In this document: positions 30,236 through 40,143 of the stretch, one piece after another
Layout of the letters: each line of letters begins with the position of its first letter
Position numbering within the stretch: the stretch's first letter is position 1
Assembly: GCA_043825775.1 (NCBI GenBank)
Contig: JBDRRK010000002.1
Span: forward strand, 1,308 to 65,307
From: an archaeon
GTDB lineage: Archaea > Nanobdellota > Nanobdellia > SCGC-AAA011-G17 > GW2011-AR17
Direction of reading: 5' to 3'
DNA length: 64,000 nt
Notes under the pieces: model-generated
The model's database searches: none
Told to the model about the DNA's origin: nothing
The model's input: the letters and a program-made list of their open reading frames with translations, nothing else
Made by a program: the position numbers and the translations under genes

Positions 30236-31154
30236 ATGGTTTAAGCTGGTTAAATGGATTATTGCTGTTGTTATTTTATATTTCTTGGTTGATTATTTTG
30301 TTAAGAATTATAGTCAAGTTGACTGGAGTGTTTTGAGTTTTGATTATAGGTATTTGATTATAGGTATTGTATTAGTTATTATTAGTAATTTGTTGTGGCC
30401 AGTTCTATGGCGAATGATTGTTAAGAGGATGGGTTATAATATTAAATTTTTGAGATCTTGTAGAATATTTTTTACATCACAAATTGGAAGATATGTTCCT
30501 GGTAAGGCAATGCTATTATTAACTAGAATTTATTTAACTGAGAAACAAGGTGTTGGAAGGAAGGAAGCTTTTACCTCTGTTGTTTTGGATTTAGCTTTGT
30601 TTTCTTTGTCAGGAGTGTTGTTATTTTTGATGTTTTTACCTTTCTTTACTGGTTTGCCTAATTGGATTATTTATTTAAGTATTCTTTTTAGTGTTGTTTT
30701 CCTTGTTTTTATTCATCCTAGAATTTTAGAGAGTATTATTAATTTAGGTTTGAGAATTTTTAAGAAGGAAGAATTAAAGATTAATTTTAATTATGGTTTT
30801 GTTTTGTTGCTATTAGTTTTGCATGTTTTGAGATGGTTTGTGCATGGAATTGGTTTATTTTTCTTATTGAAATCAATTATTGATGTTCCTTTTGTGTTGT
30901 TTTGGTTACTTCCTGGAATTGTTTCATTGAGTATTGTTTTAGGGATGTTGGTTTTAATATCTCCAGGAGGGCTAGGGGTAAGAGAAGGAATAATAGTATT
31001 GTTGTTGAGTCCTTTTGTAGTAGGAAGTGTTGCTATTGTATTTTCTATTTTAGCTAGATTGTTGTTGAGCGTTGTTGAGGTTATACTTGCAGGATTGTTT
31101 GAATTAATAGTTAGAAGAAAAAAGATATTTAAACTATTGTTACGTTCATATTAA
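30225..31154 (+). CDS. Lysylphosphatidylglycerol-synthase TM-like / flippase-like membrane protein (UPF0104)
   Basis: QIGRYVPGK and SPGGLGVREG motifs. Confidence 0.85.
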   Translation: MKNKWFKLVKWIIAVVILYFLVDYFVKNYSQVDWSVLSFDYRYLIIGIVLVIISNLLWPVLWRMIVKRMGYNIKFLRSCRIFFTSQIGRYVPGKAMLLLTRIYLTEKQGVGRKEAFTSVVLDLALFSLSGVLLFLMFLPFFTGLPNWIIYLSILFSVVFLVFIHPRILESIINLGLRIFKKEELKINFNYGFVLLLLVLHVLRWFVHGIGLFFLLKSIIDVPFVLFWLLPGIVSLSIVLGMLVLISPGGLGVREGIIVLLLSPFVVGSVAIVFSILARLLLSVVEVILAGLFELIVRRKKIFKLLLRSY

Positions 31155-33762
31155 CTAAATATGGAAGATAGTATTCTTCTGGAACATCTAAATTATTTGG
31201 ATATGAAACTTCCCAAATTTTTAATGGACCTATTAATCTTCCTTGGTATAGAGATAATGGCATTGTAGATTCATCATTATATACAAGATTAAAGTGAGGA
31301 AATTCTTCATTTCTTTCAAGTAAATAGAGTTGTGCAAATAGTCCTCTCATTACTCTTGGAGATAGGTATAATGATGAACCAATTCCATTTACACCATTTC
31401 CATCTATTGTTGGGATAATCATTAAGCATCCTTCTAAATATTCATCATCACCTTCAAAGATATATTCTTTTTTCTCAAAGTATACACATCTTAATGGAAC
31501 TCCATATTGTTGACCTTGGTAGACAATAACTGCTATTGGGTTATCAATACTCTGTAATGTTTTGTTTTCATCAATATTTAAACTCATTGTTACTCCAACA
31601 ACCCCAGCACTTCCAGCAGGGAATATTTTGTCTTGGAATATAAAATCCTCATCTAGTGCTGCTCCACCTGTATATGCAACAACTGTTCCATTTCTTGTTT
31701 CTTGAATTTGATTTAAATCTAAATTAAAATTTGGTATCCAAGAGTATCTATCATAATTTTCATCTGAACCAATTGAGGAGTATGCTCCGTATTTTCCAAT
31801 TTCATCACTGATTATTAATAGATGTGTTGCTTCTCTTGCTTTCATATATTCTAATGCTTCTGTTTCTGTTTCTCCAAGTAAGATATGCCTTCCTATGTAA
31901 TAATTTAAGACACCTACTGCATTTCCACCATCAGCTATTGTTGCTCTTTCTCCTCCATAGGTTACCCAGTAACCATAGTCCCACCAGTGTGCGAAAACAG
32001 AATCTTCTGCTGTATTGTCTCTAACCCATTGCATTGCTACTTGCCATTGTTGGTTATAACTTGGACCTGTGTATTGTGCTTGTCCTTCAGTTAGTTGATA
32101 ATTATCATAAAGTAAGTATCCAGCAAGAATTACAACTGCAATTATTATTGTAGCCATTATTACTTTGTCTTTTACTTTTTGTGCTTTATCAATAGCATAG
32201 AATATTGTGTAACCCATTAGTATCGTAGTTATTGGTGCAAATAAGAAAATAAGTCTTGCTGCTGTTCTTGCTCCTACTAATAAGAAGAAGAATACAACTA
32301 ATATTAAAATTAAGGTTCTATCAAATTTATGAAACTTTTCGAATGTATCTTTGTCTTTGTAATATTTGTAAATGTAATAGTAGGCTAATCCTAAAATGAA
32401 TACTGCTAATGAACCTCCATACATTACTAATGATTGTGTAGAAGTTCCGTTTAATATTGGAGATGCTGCACTATATCTACTGAATGTGAAAAGTAATATG
32501 AAAGTTGCAAATCCTGCTGTTAGATAATATTTTTCTTTTACATTTTTTACTAATTCATAGAAGAGTAATATTGCTCCAATGAAAACTAAGATTAAGTATA
32601 CTTGTCCAAATTGGGATATTACATCTTGAAAATATGGTTGATGAGATTCGGCTACAGTAAGGATCCATCTTGAACCAGCTTCTGTAATGAATGTTGACCA
32701 TATTCCTGTAATTTTATCAATTAAGAAACTTTTTCCATCCACTAAAAACCCATAAATTAATGCAATCACTATTGTTATTATTAATGATGTTAATCCTGCT
32801 GGAAGTTTGTATGGAATTTTATCTTTTATTTTTAGGAGATTTTTTTGAAAGATTATATAGTTAATTAGTGCAACAATAAGTGCAATGAACATTAACCCAC
32901 TTGTATAGGAACCTAATAGATTTAAGAGACCATATTTAGATGGATAACCTACCTTTAGAACAAGTAACATTATTATTATTAATAAAGAGTATCCATAGAA
33001 ATCTTTTTCTTCAAATTTATTTAAGAAGATTGCGATTAATACAAATGAACCTATGATTAAGAATAGAGAAGATACTCCTCCCCAAATTATACCCATAAAC
33101 CCTATTCCAGTTCCTGCTAATGCGGCATAGAGTAATTTGTAGGTTAGTTTTTTTTCTTTAATGTACATTACAAAGAAAAATAATGCCATGAACAAGAACA
33201 TCATTGCTGCACTTTCTTTATCAGAGAATCCAGCCATTGTTCTATAAAGGTATGCTGGAATAAATGCTAGGAATGCTGTTGATAATAAACCAATTCTCCA
33301 GTCAAATACTTTTCTTACAAATAGGAAGAAGAATAATAAACCAATAACAAAACATATTGGAGGATAGAGTACATGAACTTCTTGTATTGTTAGTGCAGGC
33401 ATGAAGAAATGTAGAAATTTGTACATATATACAATTAAATAACTTAGAAATCCAAATTCATCTAATTGGGAATAACCAAAAGGATAGTAACGCATTGTGT
33501 CGAATGCCATCAGTTTTCCGTTTTCAAATATATATTCTACATATCTAAGGAATGCAAAAGGGTCTAAAGCAATGGGGATGTATTTTCCAGTTGTAACATC
33601 AGTAAGATATCCTAGATTGCTTACTCTTATTTTATAGCCCAAATAAGCGATTACTGCAAATATAATATATGCTATTAAGGATTGGTTTGACTTTAATTTA
33701 TTTAGAAAAACTTCTTTTCTTTTTTTTAAAGTCTCCTCTTGAGAATCTTGCAATCCTTCCAT
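31129..33762 (-). CDS. aglB: Oligosaccharyltransferase AglB (STT3)
   Basis: ALDP, RTMAGFSDKE, TVAE, WWDYGYW, DGGN motifs; ~13 TMs. Confidence 0.93.
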   Translation of the reverse strand: MEGLQDSQEETLKKRKEVFLNKLKSNQSLIAYIIFAVIAYLGYKIRVSNLGYLTDVTTGKYIPIALDPFAFLRYVEYIFENGKLMAFDTMRYYPFGYSQLDEFGFLSYLIVYMYKFLHFFMPALTIQEVHVLYPPICFVIGLLFFFLFVRKVFDWRIGLLSTAFLAFIPAYLYRTMAGFSDKESAAMMFLFMALFFFVMYIKEKKLTYKLLYAALAGTGIGFMGIIWGGVSSLFLIIGSFVLIAIFLNKFEEKDFYGYSLLIIIMLLVLKVGYPSKYGLLNLLGSYTSGLMFIALIVALINYIIFQKNLLKIKDKIPYKLPAGLTSLIITIVIALIYGFLVDGKSFLIDKITGIWSTFITEAGSRWILTVAESHQPYFQDVISQFGQVYLILVFIGAILLFYELVKNVKEKYYLTAGFATFILLFTFSRYSAASPILNGTSTQSLVMYGGSLAVFILGLAYYYIYKYYKDKDTFEKFHKFDRTLILILVVFFFLLVGARTAARLIFLFAPITTILMGYTIFYAIDKAQKVKDKVIMATIIIAVVILAGYLLYDNYQLTEGQAQYTGPSYNQQWQVAMQWVRDNTAEDSVFAHWWDYGYWVTYGGERATIADGGNAVGVLNYYIGRHILLGETETEALEYMKAREATHLLIISDEIGKYGAYSSIGSDENYDRYSWIPNFNLDLNQIQETRNGTVVAYTGGAALDEDFIFQDKIFPAGSAGVVGVTMSLNIDENKTLQSIDNPIAVIVYQGQQYGVPLRCVYFEKKEYIFEGDDEYLEGCLMIIPTIDGNGVNGIGSSLYLSPRVMRGLFAQLYLLERNEEFPHFNLVYNDESTMPLSLYQGRLIGPLKIWEVSYPNNLDVPEEYYLPYLVNMNVTIV

Positions 33763-33843
33763 CCTAGGATTGATTTTAGTGTTATTTATATAATTTATGG
33801 AAATTACGAAATATATTTAAGGGTTATAGCTGATTTAGATATT

Positions 33844-35019
33844 ATGGTAAAGAAAGGCTATGGCTGGTTTGCATCTGTTTTATTTGAACCTTGGTTAAAT
33901 TTATTTGCTAAACTTTTTCCTAAAAAGTATAGTAAATTTGTGGAAAGAATTAATTATTCAGGTTTAGGTGTTTTACCAAATGAGTATTTAGCATCAATGT
34001 GGTTGACAAGCTTCTTAGTATTTTTTATTTCATTAGCTTTGTTGGTTGTTTTGTTGTTTCAATATTCAATTGTATATGCTTTTGTTATTGCAATTTTTGT
34101 TACTTTTTTGGTTAGAATTGTTTTTAGTTTATATCCTAGATTTTTGATTGTTAAACGAAGAAGAGAGATGGAAAGAGAATTGCCTTTTTTTGTTAGTTTA
34201 TTATTTTCATTTGCAAAAGAGGGTTATTCTGGAGAGAGGTTGTTTAGACCTATGTATGCATATCACGAATATAGAATTGAGATAAGTAGAATTTTTAATT
34301 ATATGAATTATGCAAATAAATCATTAGGGGAAGCTTTGATAGAAACATCTAATATGATTCCTTCTGAGAAAGTTAAAGATTTTTTTGTAGGTATGGCAAT
34401 TGTTGTTAATAATAAGACAACAATGATGAAATATTTAACTGATAGAGCTAGTAATTATATTGTTGATTATAGATTGAATAAGAAAGTTAAAAAAGAATTG
34501 TTTAAAGAGACAGGAGATTTGTTTTTTAAGGCAAGATTTAATATGTCTTTATTTCTAGGGATTATTATTTCTGTTGTTTTTTTGATTATTGTTTTTTTAC
34601 TCTTTTTTGATTTTGATATGTATACTGGACCATTTTATTTTTATTTACTTTTGATTACAGGAGTTTTTATTGGATTCTTGCCTGTTATTAAATTTGTTCA
34701 TAAAAAGTTTAAGAGAGATAGGGTTGTGGATAATGCTTTCTTTAGATTTGCAGAAGATTTGTATAAGAATGGAACAAATTTGAATCCAAAATCTTATGGT
34801 ATTCTTTCTAAAGATGTAACAAAGTTTATAAGCAAACACAAAAAAGGAGTTTCATTGAAGACTTGTTTTCAGACGATGGCTATTGATTTGAATAGTGAAC
34901 TAGTTACACAGGTTATAAGAATGGCTCTTGAAGATGAGAATAAATTGCTTACAAGGGTTTATTTGATTACAAGGCCATTTGTTTTGAGGAATAAGTTAAG
35001 GTTTGAAGATGAAATATAA
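33844..35019 (+). CDS. Divergent T2SS-F/ArlJ-like membrane protein
   Basis: YPRFL...RREMERELPFFV, IPSEKVKDFF.G; two cytoplasmic lobes between TMs; likely start ATG 33844. Confidence 0.6.
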   Translation: MVKKGYGWFASVLFEPWLNLFAKLFPKKYSKFVERINYSGLGVLPNEYLASMWLTSFLVFFISLALLVVLLFQYSIVYAFVIAIFVTFLVRIVFSLYPRFLIVKRRREMERELPFFVSLLFSFAKEGYSGERLFRPMYAYHEYRIEISRIFNYMNYANKSLGEALIETSNMIPSEKVKDFFVGMAIVVNNKTTMMKYLTDRASNYIVDYRLNKKVKKELFKETGDLFFKARFNMSLFLGIIISVVFLIIVFLLFFDFDMYTGPFYFYLLLITGVFIGFLPVIKFVHKKFKRDRVVDNAFFRFAEDLYKNGTNLNPKSYGILSKDVTKFISKHKKGVSLKTCFQTMAIDLNSELVTQVIRMALEDENKLLTRVYLITRPFVLRNKLRFEDEI

Positions 35020-35419
35020 ATTTATTGAGGATTTGACTTCAGATGTATTGTTTGAAGCTAGGGGAAAAACACTAAATGAGTTGTTTGAAAATGCAGCTTT
35101 AGCTATGTTTGATGTTATTTGTAAAGTTGATATGGTTGGGGAGAAGAAAAAGATTAAGGTTGAAGTAAAAGCTGGAAATTTAGATGATTTGATGTTTCAA
35201 TGGTTGCAGCATTTGATTGCTTTAGTTGATATTGAAGAGATGTTTTTTTCAAGGTTTGAAGTTGAAGAGATTAATGATAATAAATTAATTGCTTATGTTT
35301 ATGGGGAGGAAATTAGTCCTGCGAAGGGTAATACTGTTGTTAAGTCTGTTACAAATTATGGTTTTAAGTTATGGAAAGAGAAGAGTAAATATTTTGTAAC
35401 TGTAAGTTTGGATATTTAA
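35009..35419 (+). CDS. Archease
   Basis: YKFIE..TSDVLFEARGKTLNELFENAALAM...VKSVT...LDI C-terminus. Confidence 0.92.
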   Translation: MKYKFIEDLTSDVLFEARGKTLNELFENAALAMFDVICKVDMVGEKKKIKVEVKAGNLDDLMFQWLQHLIALVDIEEMFFSRFEVEEINDNKLIAYVYGEEISPAKGNTVVKSVTNYGFKLWKEKSKYFVTVSLDI

Positions 35420-36060
35420 ATTCCTAATTCTTTTTCTTCTTTCTTTAATTTCTTTGCTATCTTCTTTTCTGTTTTAATTATATCTTTTTCTATAATTTTC
35501 ACTTCTTTTTTTGCAGGTGCTTCATGTAAGTGATGCTTTCCTGTTGGTTTTTCATAAAATGGTAAGGCTTTGATTAGTCTTGGAGAACGTTGTATTGGTT
35601 TGAAAAATCTAACTATCTGTTTTACTCTTGATACTTTTCCTGCTTGTTCTGCTTCTTGAATTATTTTTCCACCTTCTTTAACTATTTTTGATCCTGATTT
35701 TTCAAGTTCTAATCCTTCATGAAATAAAAGTTGGAATTGTGTAAAACTTCCTGAAAGTTCTGCAAGTATTATAAAACGTTCAAGCATTCTGAAAATTAAG
35801 AAGAAAGGAAATACTGCTAAGATGTCAAGCCAACATTCTTTTATGAAATTGTTTATATTTCTAATCCTTAGGTATTTGAAAATTAGGTCTATTATGAAAA
35901 CTGAAATGATAAAGTAATCTCCAATTAAGATGTATAGGTGATAGTGTTCTGCTGTTTCTGGGAAAAAAATGTCTAGGATGATTATTATTAGTAAAAGTGC
36001 AATACACCAAGGAATTATCCAATCCACTGCTACTTCTATTTTATGCCAGAACTTTTTCAT
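35416..36060 (-). CDS. Ion-transport/voltage-sensor-like membrane protein without pore domain
   Basis: GDYFIISVFIIDL, FIKECWLDILAVFPF, Arg/Lys-periodic RVKQIVRFFKPIQRSPRL. Confidence 0.6.
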   Translation of the reverse strand: MKKFWHKIEVAVDWIIPWCIALLLIIIILDIFFPETAEHYHLYILIGDYFIISVFIIDLIFKYLRIRNINNFIKECWLDILAVFPFFLIFRMLERFIILAELSGSFTQFQLLFHEGLELEKSGSKIVKEGGKIIQEAEQAGKVSRVKQIVRFFKPIQRSPRLIKALPFYEKPTGKHHLHEAPAKKEVKIIEKDIIKTEKKIAKKLKKEEKELGI

Positions 36061-36134
36061 ATGCTTTTATTGTATGTTTATTGTTATAAATTTTTCCAAA
36101 AATTATATAAAAGAATAAACTATTAATTTGTTAA

Positions 36135-39100
36135 ATGAAAAGAGGTATGATTATAATAATTATTCTTTTAAGTATATGTTTTGTTAGTGCTGATAATGGT
36201 TGTTGTGCTGAAAAAAATGGAATGTATTGTGTTTATACTGCTGAAGAAGAGTGTACTGGTGATTTTGTAGCTAATGCTGTTTGTGATGATGTTTCTTTTT
36301 GTGATTTAGGTTGTTGTGTTACCGATGATGGTATTTGTGCTCAGCAAACTGGTAAGTATACTTGTGAACAGAATAATGGGGAATGGAGTGATGATGCTAG
36401 TTGTAGTTATTCAGAGTGTGATAAAGGGTGTTGTCAGTTTGGAAATGAGTATAGTTTTACAACTGCTTCTCATTGTTCTGCTGTATATGCTGATTATGAA
36501 ATGGAACCTTCTTTTGATGCTAGTGTTACTGATGAAAGTGAATGTGTTATGAATAATTATTTGGAAGATTATGGTTGTTGCATTACTGAAGATTCATGTG
36601 GTTATGTTACTGGAGAGGAATGTGTTGCTGAAGGGGGGGATTTAGAGAAGGACATCAATACAGGTTATGGTTTTTATGGTGGACAGAGCTGTAAGAGTAT
36701 GGGTGCACTTTTGGATACTGGTGATTATGAGGCTTCTTGTGATTGTGTTTCTACAGATAGTTTAAAATGTACAACTGACCATGATGTTTATGAAACAAAT
36801 ACTTGTGGTGATGTTATAATTGTTGATTCTTGTAGTTATCCTAATTATGCTTGTTCTGAAATGAGTGGAAGTGCGGAGTGTATTTCAACTTCATGTGAAG
36901 ATACTTTTTCTTTTGAGGAGAATAGTGAAACTTATTTTAAAGATTTTAATAGTTATAATGTGTTTTATGATGATAATGGTAAATTAGGTGTAAAAGAGTT
37001 TACACTTGGTGGAAGAAAAGATAATTTTGATACTTGGTGTATTTATGAGAGTCCAGTAGGTAGTTTTAGAGATAGGGTTGGTAGTCAGCAATATAGATCT
37101 TATTGTATTGATGGTGTGGAGTTTATTGAAAGCTGTGGTGAGGCAAGAGAGAAATATTGTGCTATGTATTATGATTCTGATAGAGATGAATTTCATGGAG
37201 ATTGTGTAGATAATAACTTTGAGGAATTTTATGGTTTTGAAGATGTGGAAACTGAAGAAGGTGTAGATAGTGAAAGATTTTATGGTTCTATTAATTATCC
37301 TGTTGAAGATTCTGAAGAAAATTTAGGAGTATCAACTGTTTCTCTTGCAGGAAATAATTATTGTGAATCTGCTTCTATAACCTGTGAAGTTGTTTATGGT
37401 GATTCTGAGTATAAAAATTCTGAAAAATATGGTTGGGAGCCTTATTTGAATACAATCTGTTTAAGACCTACTTTTGCTGCAACAGCTGCAGAGTATTGTA
37501 GTTCAAGAGGAGATTGTGGGATGGAATTGAATGTTCTTGGAATTGAAGGGCAGGATTCTGTAGAGTCATTTAATATTGATTATGATACTTCATTTATTGA
37601 TGGTCTTTGGATTGTTAAAGATGAAAAAGAAATGAACTTTGGAATTGGTCCAACTTGTTTTGATCCTAATGTTATAGGTAAAGAACCACAATTAGCAGTT
37701 ACTTTGCAAGGGCTTGATGGATTTAGTTCTTTTAAATTTATGAGTGAGATGATGTTTATGGTTACTGTTGCACAACCAGATCCTGCGACTTTTATAACAA
37801 CCTTAATTCAAACTTTAATTGTACTTTCTGAACAAGAAGATAATTGTCAATTAATAGAAAAAAATACTTTTGAAGATGATTATTATACAGGTTTAAAAGA
37901 AATTTTTGTTGTTAATGTAAATTTTCTTTCTGATGATATGATACCTTTATGGTTTCCAACTGAAGAAATGGTTTATTATAGTACTTATTGGTTAGAGAGT
38001 TGTGATTCTTCAGATGATAAAGGAAATATGTTAAGTTATAATTTGGGAACAAATTTAGATACTGGAGATTTAGATTTAGATCCAGTTTCACAAGAAAATA
38101 CAGAACAAAGTGTATTTTTTAATTCATTTATTTCTCCTTTATCTGGAGGAATAAGCAATTTGATTATATTGGGTGCAGATATTTCTAAAGTTCAATATAA
38201 TCAACTTAGTGGAGATCCAATTGAATTTGATTCTACAGATCCTCTTACAAATTTACTTTCTGATGCTTTAATTGAAGAATCTAGTGAGGTTAGAAATAAT
38301 TTTGTTATATCAAATGAGTATGGTTTGATAAATCAATTTAAGAGTATAAAACCTTGGATAATGAATAAAAAAGCTTTAACTCCCTATTCTTCAAATCTTG
38401 GAACTTTGTCTAGTTTAGAACATCCAGATGCTTTAACACAATTTGTTGGTTATAGGGCTGCTGATTGTAGTACTGGAGATTCAGAATGGATTGGATTGAT
38501 AGATGAAGATGAGCATTTATTACCTGCTTCAGTAATATATCAATGTGGAGAATGGCAAGCTCCTACTGGAGGAGAGTATTGTGAGTTGTGTGATACTCCA
38601 ACTGAAGAGGGTGGAATATGGTTTAGTAAGGATGGAAGACCTTTTTATGGTGCTGAATGTAATAAATATAGATGTGAAAGTTTAGGAAGTGATTGTAGAT
38701 ATATTGAACAGAATAGGGGAAGTGATCAACCTAAGTGTGTTTCAGTTGATTGTGAACCTGGAGTTCAAGTTGTTAGAACTATGTATGAAGAAGCAATTGA
38801 TGAGTCTACTGCAAATTATCCAGAAATGATTACAAAAGACGAACAACAATATGGTTATACATTAACAAATGTTCCTCCTTCAACTTTATTTTCATTTGGA
38901 GTTGAAACAGATGAATTTGCAGCTTGTAAATTTGTTTCAGATGAAGCAGTACAACAAGTTTTTGAAGCTAATGAAGTAAGTAATTTTGAAGGTTTACTTG
39001 CTATAGGTTATACTTTAGAAGATTTATATGATTTAATGAGTGGAGAAGGTGTTACAAATACTCCTTCTTGGGGAACTGAATGTAGTCCTGAAGATGAAGA

Positions 39101-40109
39101 TTGTAGTCCTGGAATGACTAAACAACATAACATTACTGCAAATGTTATGGGTAGTAGTGAAGAATCAATTTATTATGTTTGGTGTAAAAATCCTTGTGGA
39201 AAAATTAATGATGCTCCCTATATGATTAGATTAGAATCTTCTGAGATTGATCCAACTTATCCTCCAACAATTCAGAGTATTAGTCCTAGTGATGGAGGGT
39301 ATGCAAGATATGATGAAGATAGTGTTGAGACTTATGTTTATACTGACAGACCTGCTACTTGTAGATATTCAAATGCACCAAGTGATAGTTATTCAATAAT
39401 GCAAAATGAATTTTCACAATGTCAGGATGAGAACTTGAATATTATTAATGGAAATTATCAGTGTAGAGAATTTTTAGATATTGGTGATGACTTGAATACA
39501 TTTTATTTTTTATGTAAAGATAATTATGGAAATGAGATGACACAAGCAAAAGAGTGGAGTATCACTAAAAGTGATCCCCTGTTAATTTCACAAACTTCAC
39601 CTTCTGGAACTTTGTATTACAATGATGTTACATTGCAAGTTAGAACACAACAAGGTGCTGAGCAAGGAAAAAGTATATGTTATTTTAAAGAAAATAATCA
39701 GAATAATTATGTTCAAATGTTTGAGAGTAGTGATAATGAATTGTGGTTGCAAGAGTTAAGTGATTTATCAAAAGGAACTTATGAATATGATATTTATTGT
39801 GAAGATGTTGCAGGTAATAGAAATGAAACTACTATTTCATTTACGGTTGATGTTGATAGTTATGCTCCACAGATTGAAAATATTTATTATTTGGGAAGTA
39901 CTCTTTATGTTGTGACTGATGAGGTTACTGATTGTGAGTATGAAACTAGTTCATTTTCTTTTGGAAATGGTTTTTCAATGGCTGGTTCTGCAAGTACTGA
40001 TCATAGTTTTACTGTAACACCTGGCTTTAATGTTTATTATGCAGTTTGTGAAGATGTTTATGGTAATCAAAATTCTCCTTTAATTATAAATTTAGAATAT
40101 TTACAGTAA
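36135..40109 (+). CDS. Large Cys-rich secreted protein, paralog 1 (1324 aa)
   Basis: Signal peptide; CC repeats; WCIYE..DRVGSQQYRxxC; GDCG; WQAPTGGEYCELC; C-terminal Ig-like repeats (CEDVAGN). Confidence 0.85.
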   Translation: MKRGMIIIIILLSICFVSADNGCCAEKNGMYCVYTAEEECTGDFVANAVCDDVSFCDLGCCVTDDGICAQQTGKYTCEQNNGEWSDDASCSYSECDKGCCQFGNEYSFTTASHCSAVYADYEMEPSFDASVTDESECVMNNYLEDYGCCITEDSCGYVTGEECVAEGGDLEKDINTGYGFYGGQSCKSMGALLDTGDYEASCDCVSTDSLKCTTDHDVYETNTCGDVIIVDSCSYPNYACSEMSGSAECISTSCEDTFSFEENSETYFKDFNSYNVFYDDNGKLGVKEFTLGGRKDNFDTWCIYESPVGSFRDRVGSQQYRSYCIDGVEFIESCGEAREKYCAMYYDSDRDEFHGDCVDNNFEEFYGFEDVETEEGVDSERFYGSINYPVEDSEENLGVSTVSLAGNNYCESASITCEVVYGDSEYKNSEKYGWEPYLNTICLRPTFAATAAEYCSSRGDCGMELNVLGIEGQDSVESFNIDYDTSFIDGLWIVKDEKEMNFGIGPTCFDPNVIGKEPQLAVTLQGLDGFSSFKFMSEMMFMVTVAQPDPATFITTLIQTLIVLSEQEDNCQLIEKNTFEDDYYTGLKEIFVVNVNFLSDDMIPLWFPTEEMVYYSTYWLESCDSSDDKGNMLSYNLGTNLDTGDLDLDPVSQENTEQSVFFNSFISPLSGGISNLIILGADISKVQYNQLSGDPIEFDSTDPLTNLLSDALIEESSEVRNNFVISNEYGLINQFKSIKPWIMNKKALTPYSSNLGTLSSLEHPDALTQFVGYRAADCSTGDSEWIGLIDEDEHLLPASVIYQCGEWQAPTGGEYCELCDTPTEEGGIWFSKDGRPFYGAECNKYRCESLGSDCRYIEQNRGSDQPKCVSVDCEPGVQVVRTMYEEAIDESTANYPEMITKDEQQYGYTLTNVPPSTLFSFGVETDEFAACKFVSDEAVQQVFEANEVSNFEGLLAIGYTLEDLYDLMSGEGVTNTPSWGTECSPEDEDCSPGMTKQHNITANVMGSSEESIYYVWCKNPCGKINDAPYMIRLESSEIDPTYPPTIQSISPSDGGYARYDEDSVETYVYTDRPATCRYSNAPSDSYSIMQNEFSQCQDENLNIINGNYQCREFLDIGDDLNTFYFLCKDNYGNEMTQAKEWSITKSDPLLISQTSPSGTLYYNDVTLQVRTQQGAEQGKSICYFKENNQNNYVQMFESSDNELWLQELSDLSKGTYEYDIYCEDVAGNRNETTISFTVDVDSYAPQIENIYYLGSTLYVVTDEVTDCEYETSSFSFGNGFSMAGSASTDHSFTVTPGFNVYYAVCEDVYGNQNSPLIINLEYLQ

Positions 40110-40143
40110 GGTTTTTAAATAACTAAGTTATTAATTCTTTATT

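Noticed and set aside
36135-36195. MKRG starts of giants (36135, 45719) and 61123 as class III signal peptides
   Set aside because: Short h-regions ending in VSA/VAA look like signal peptidase I sites, so they were not counted as pilins.
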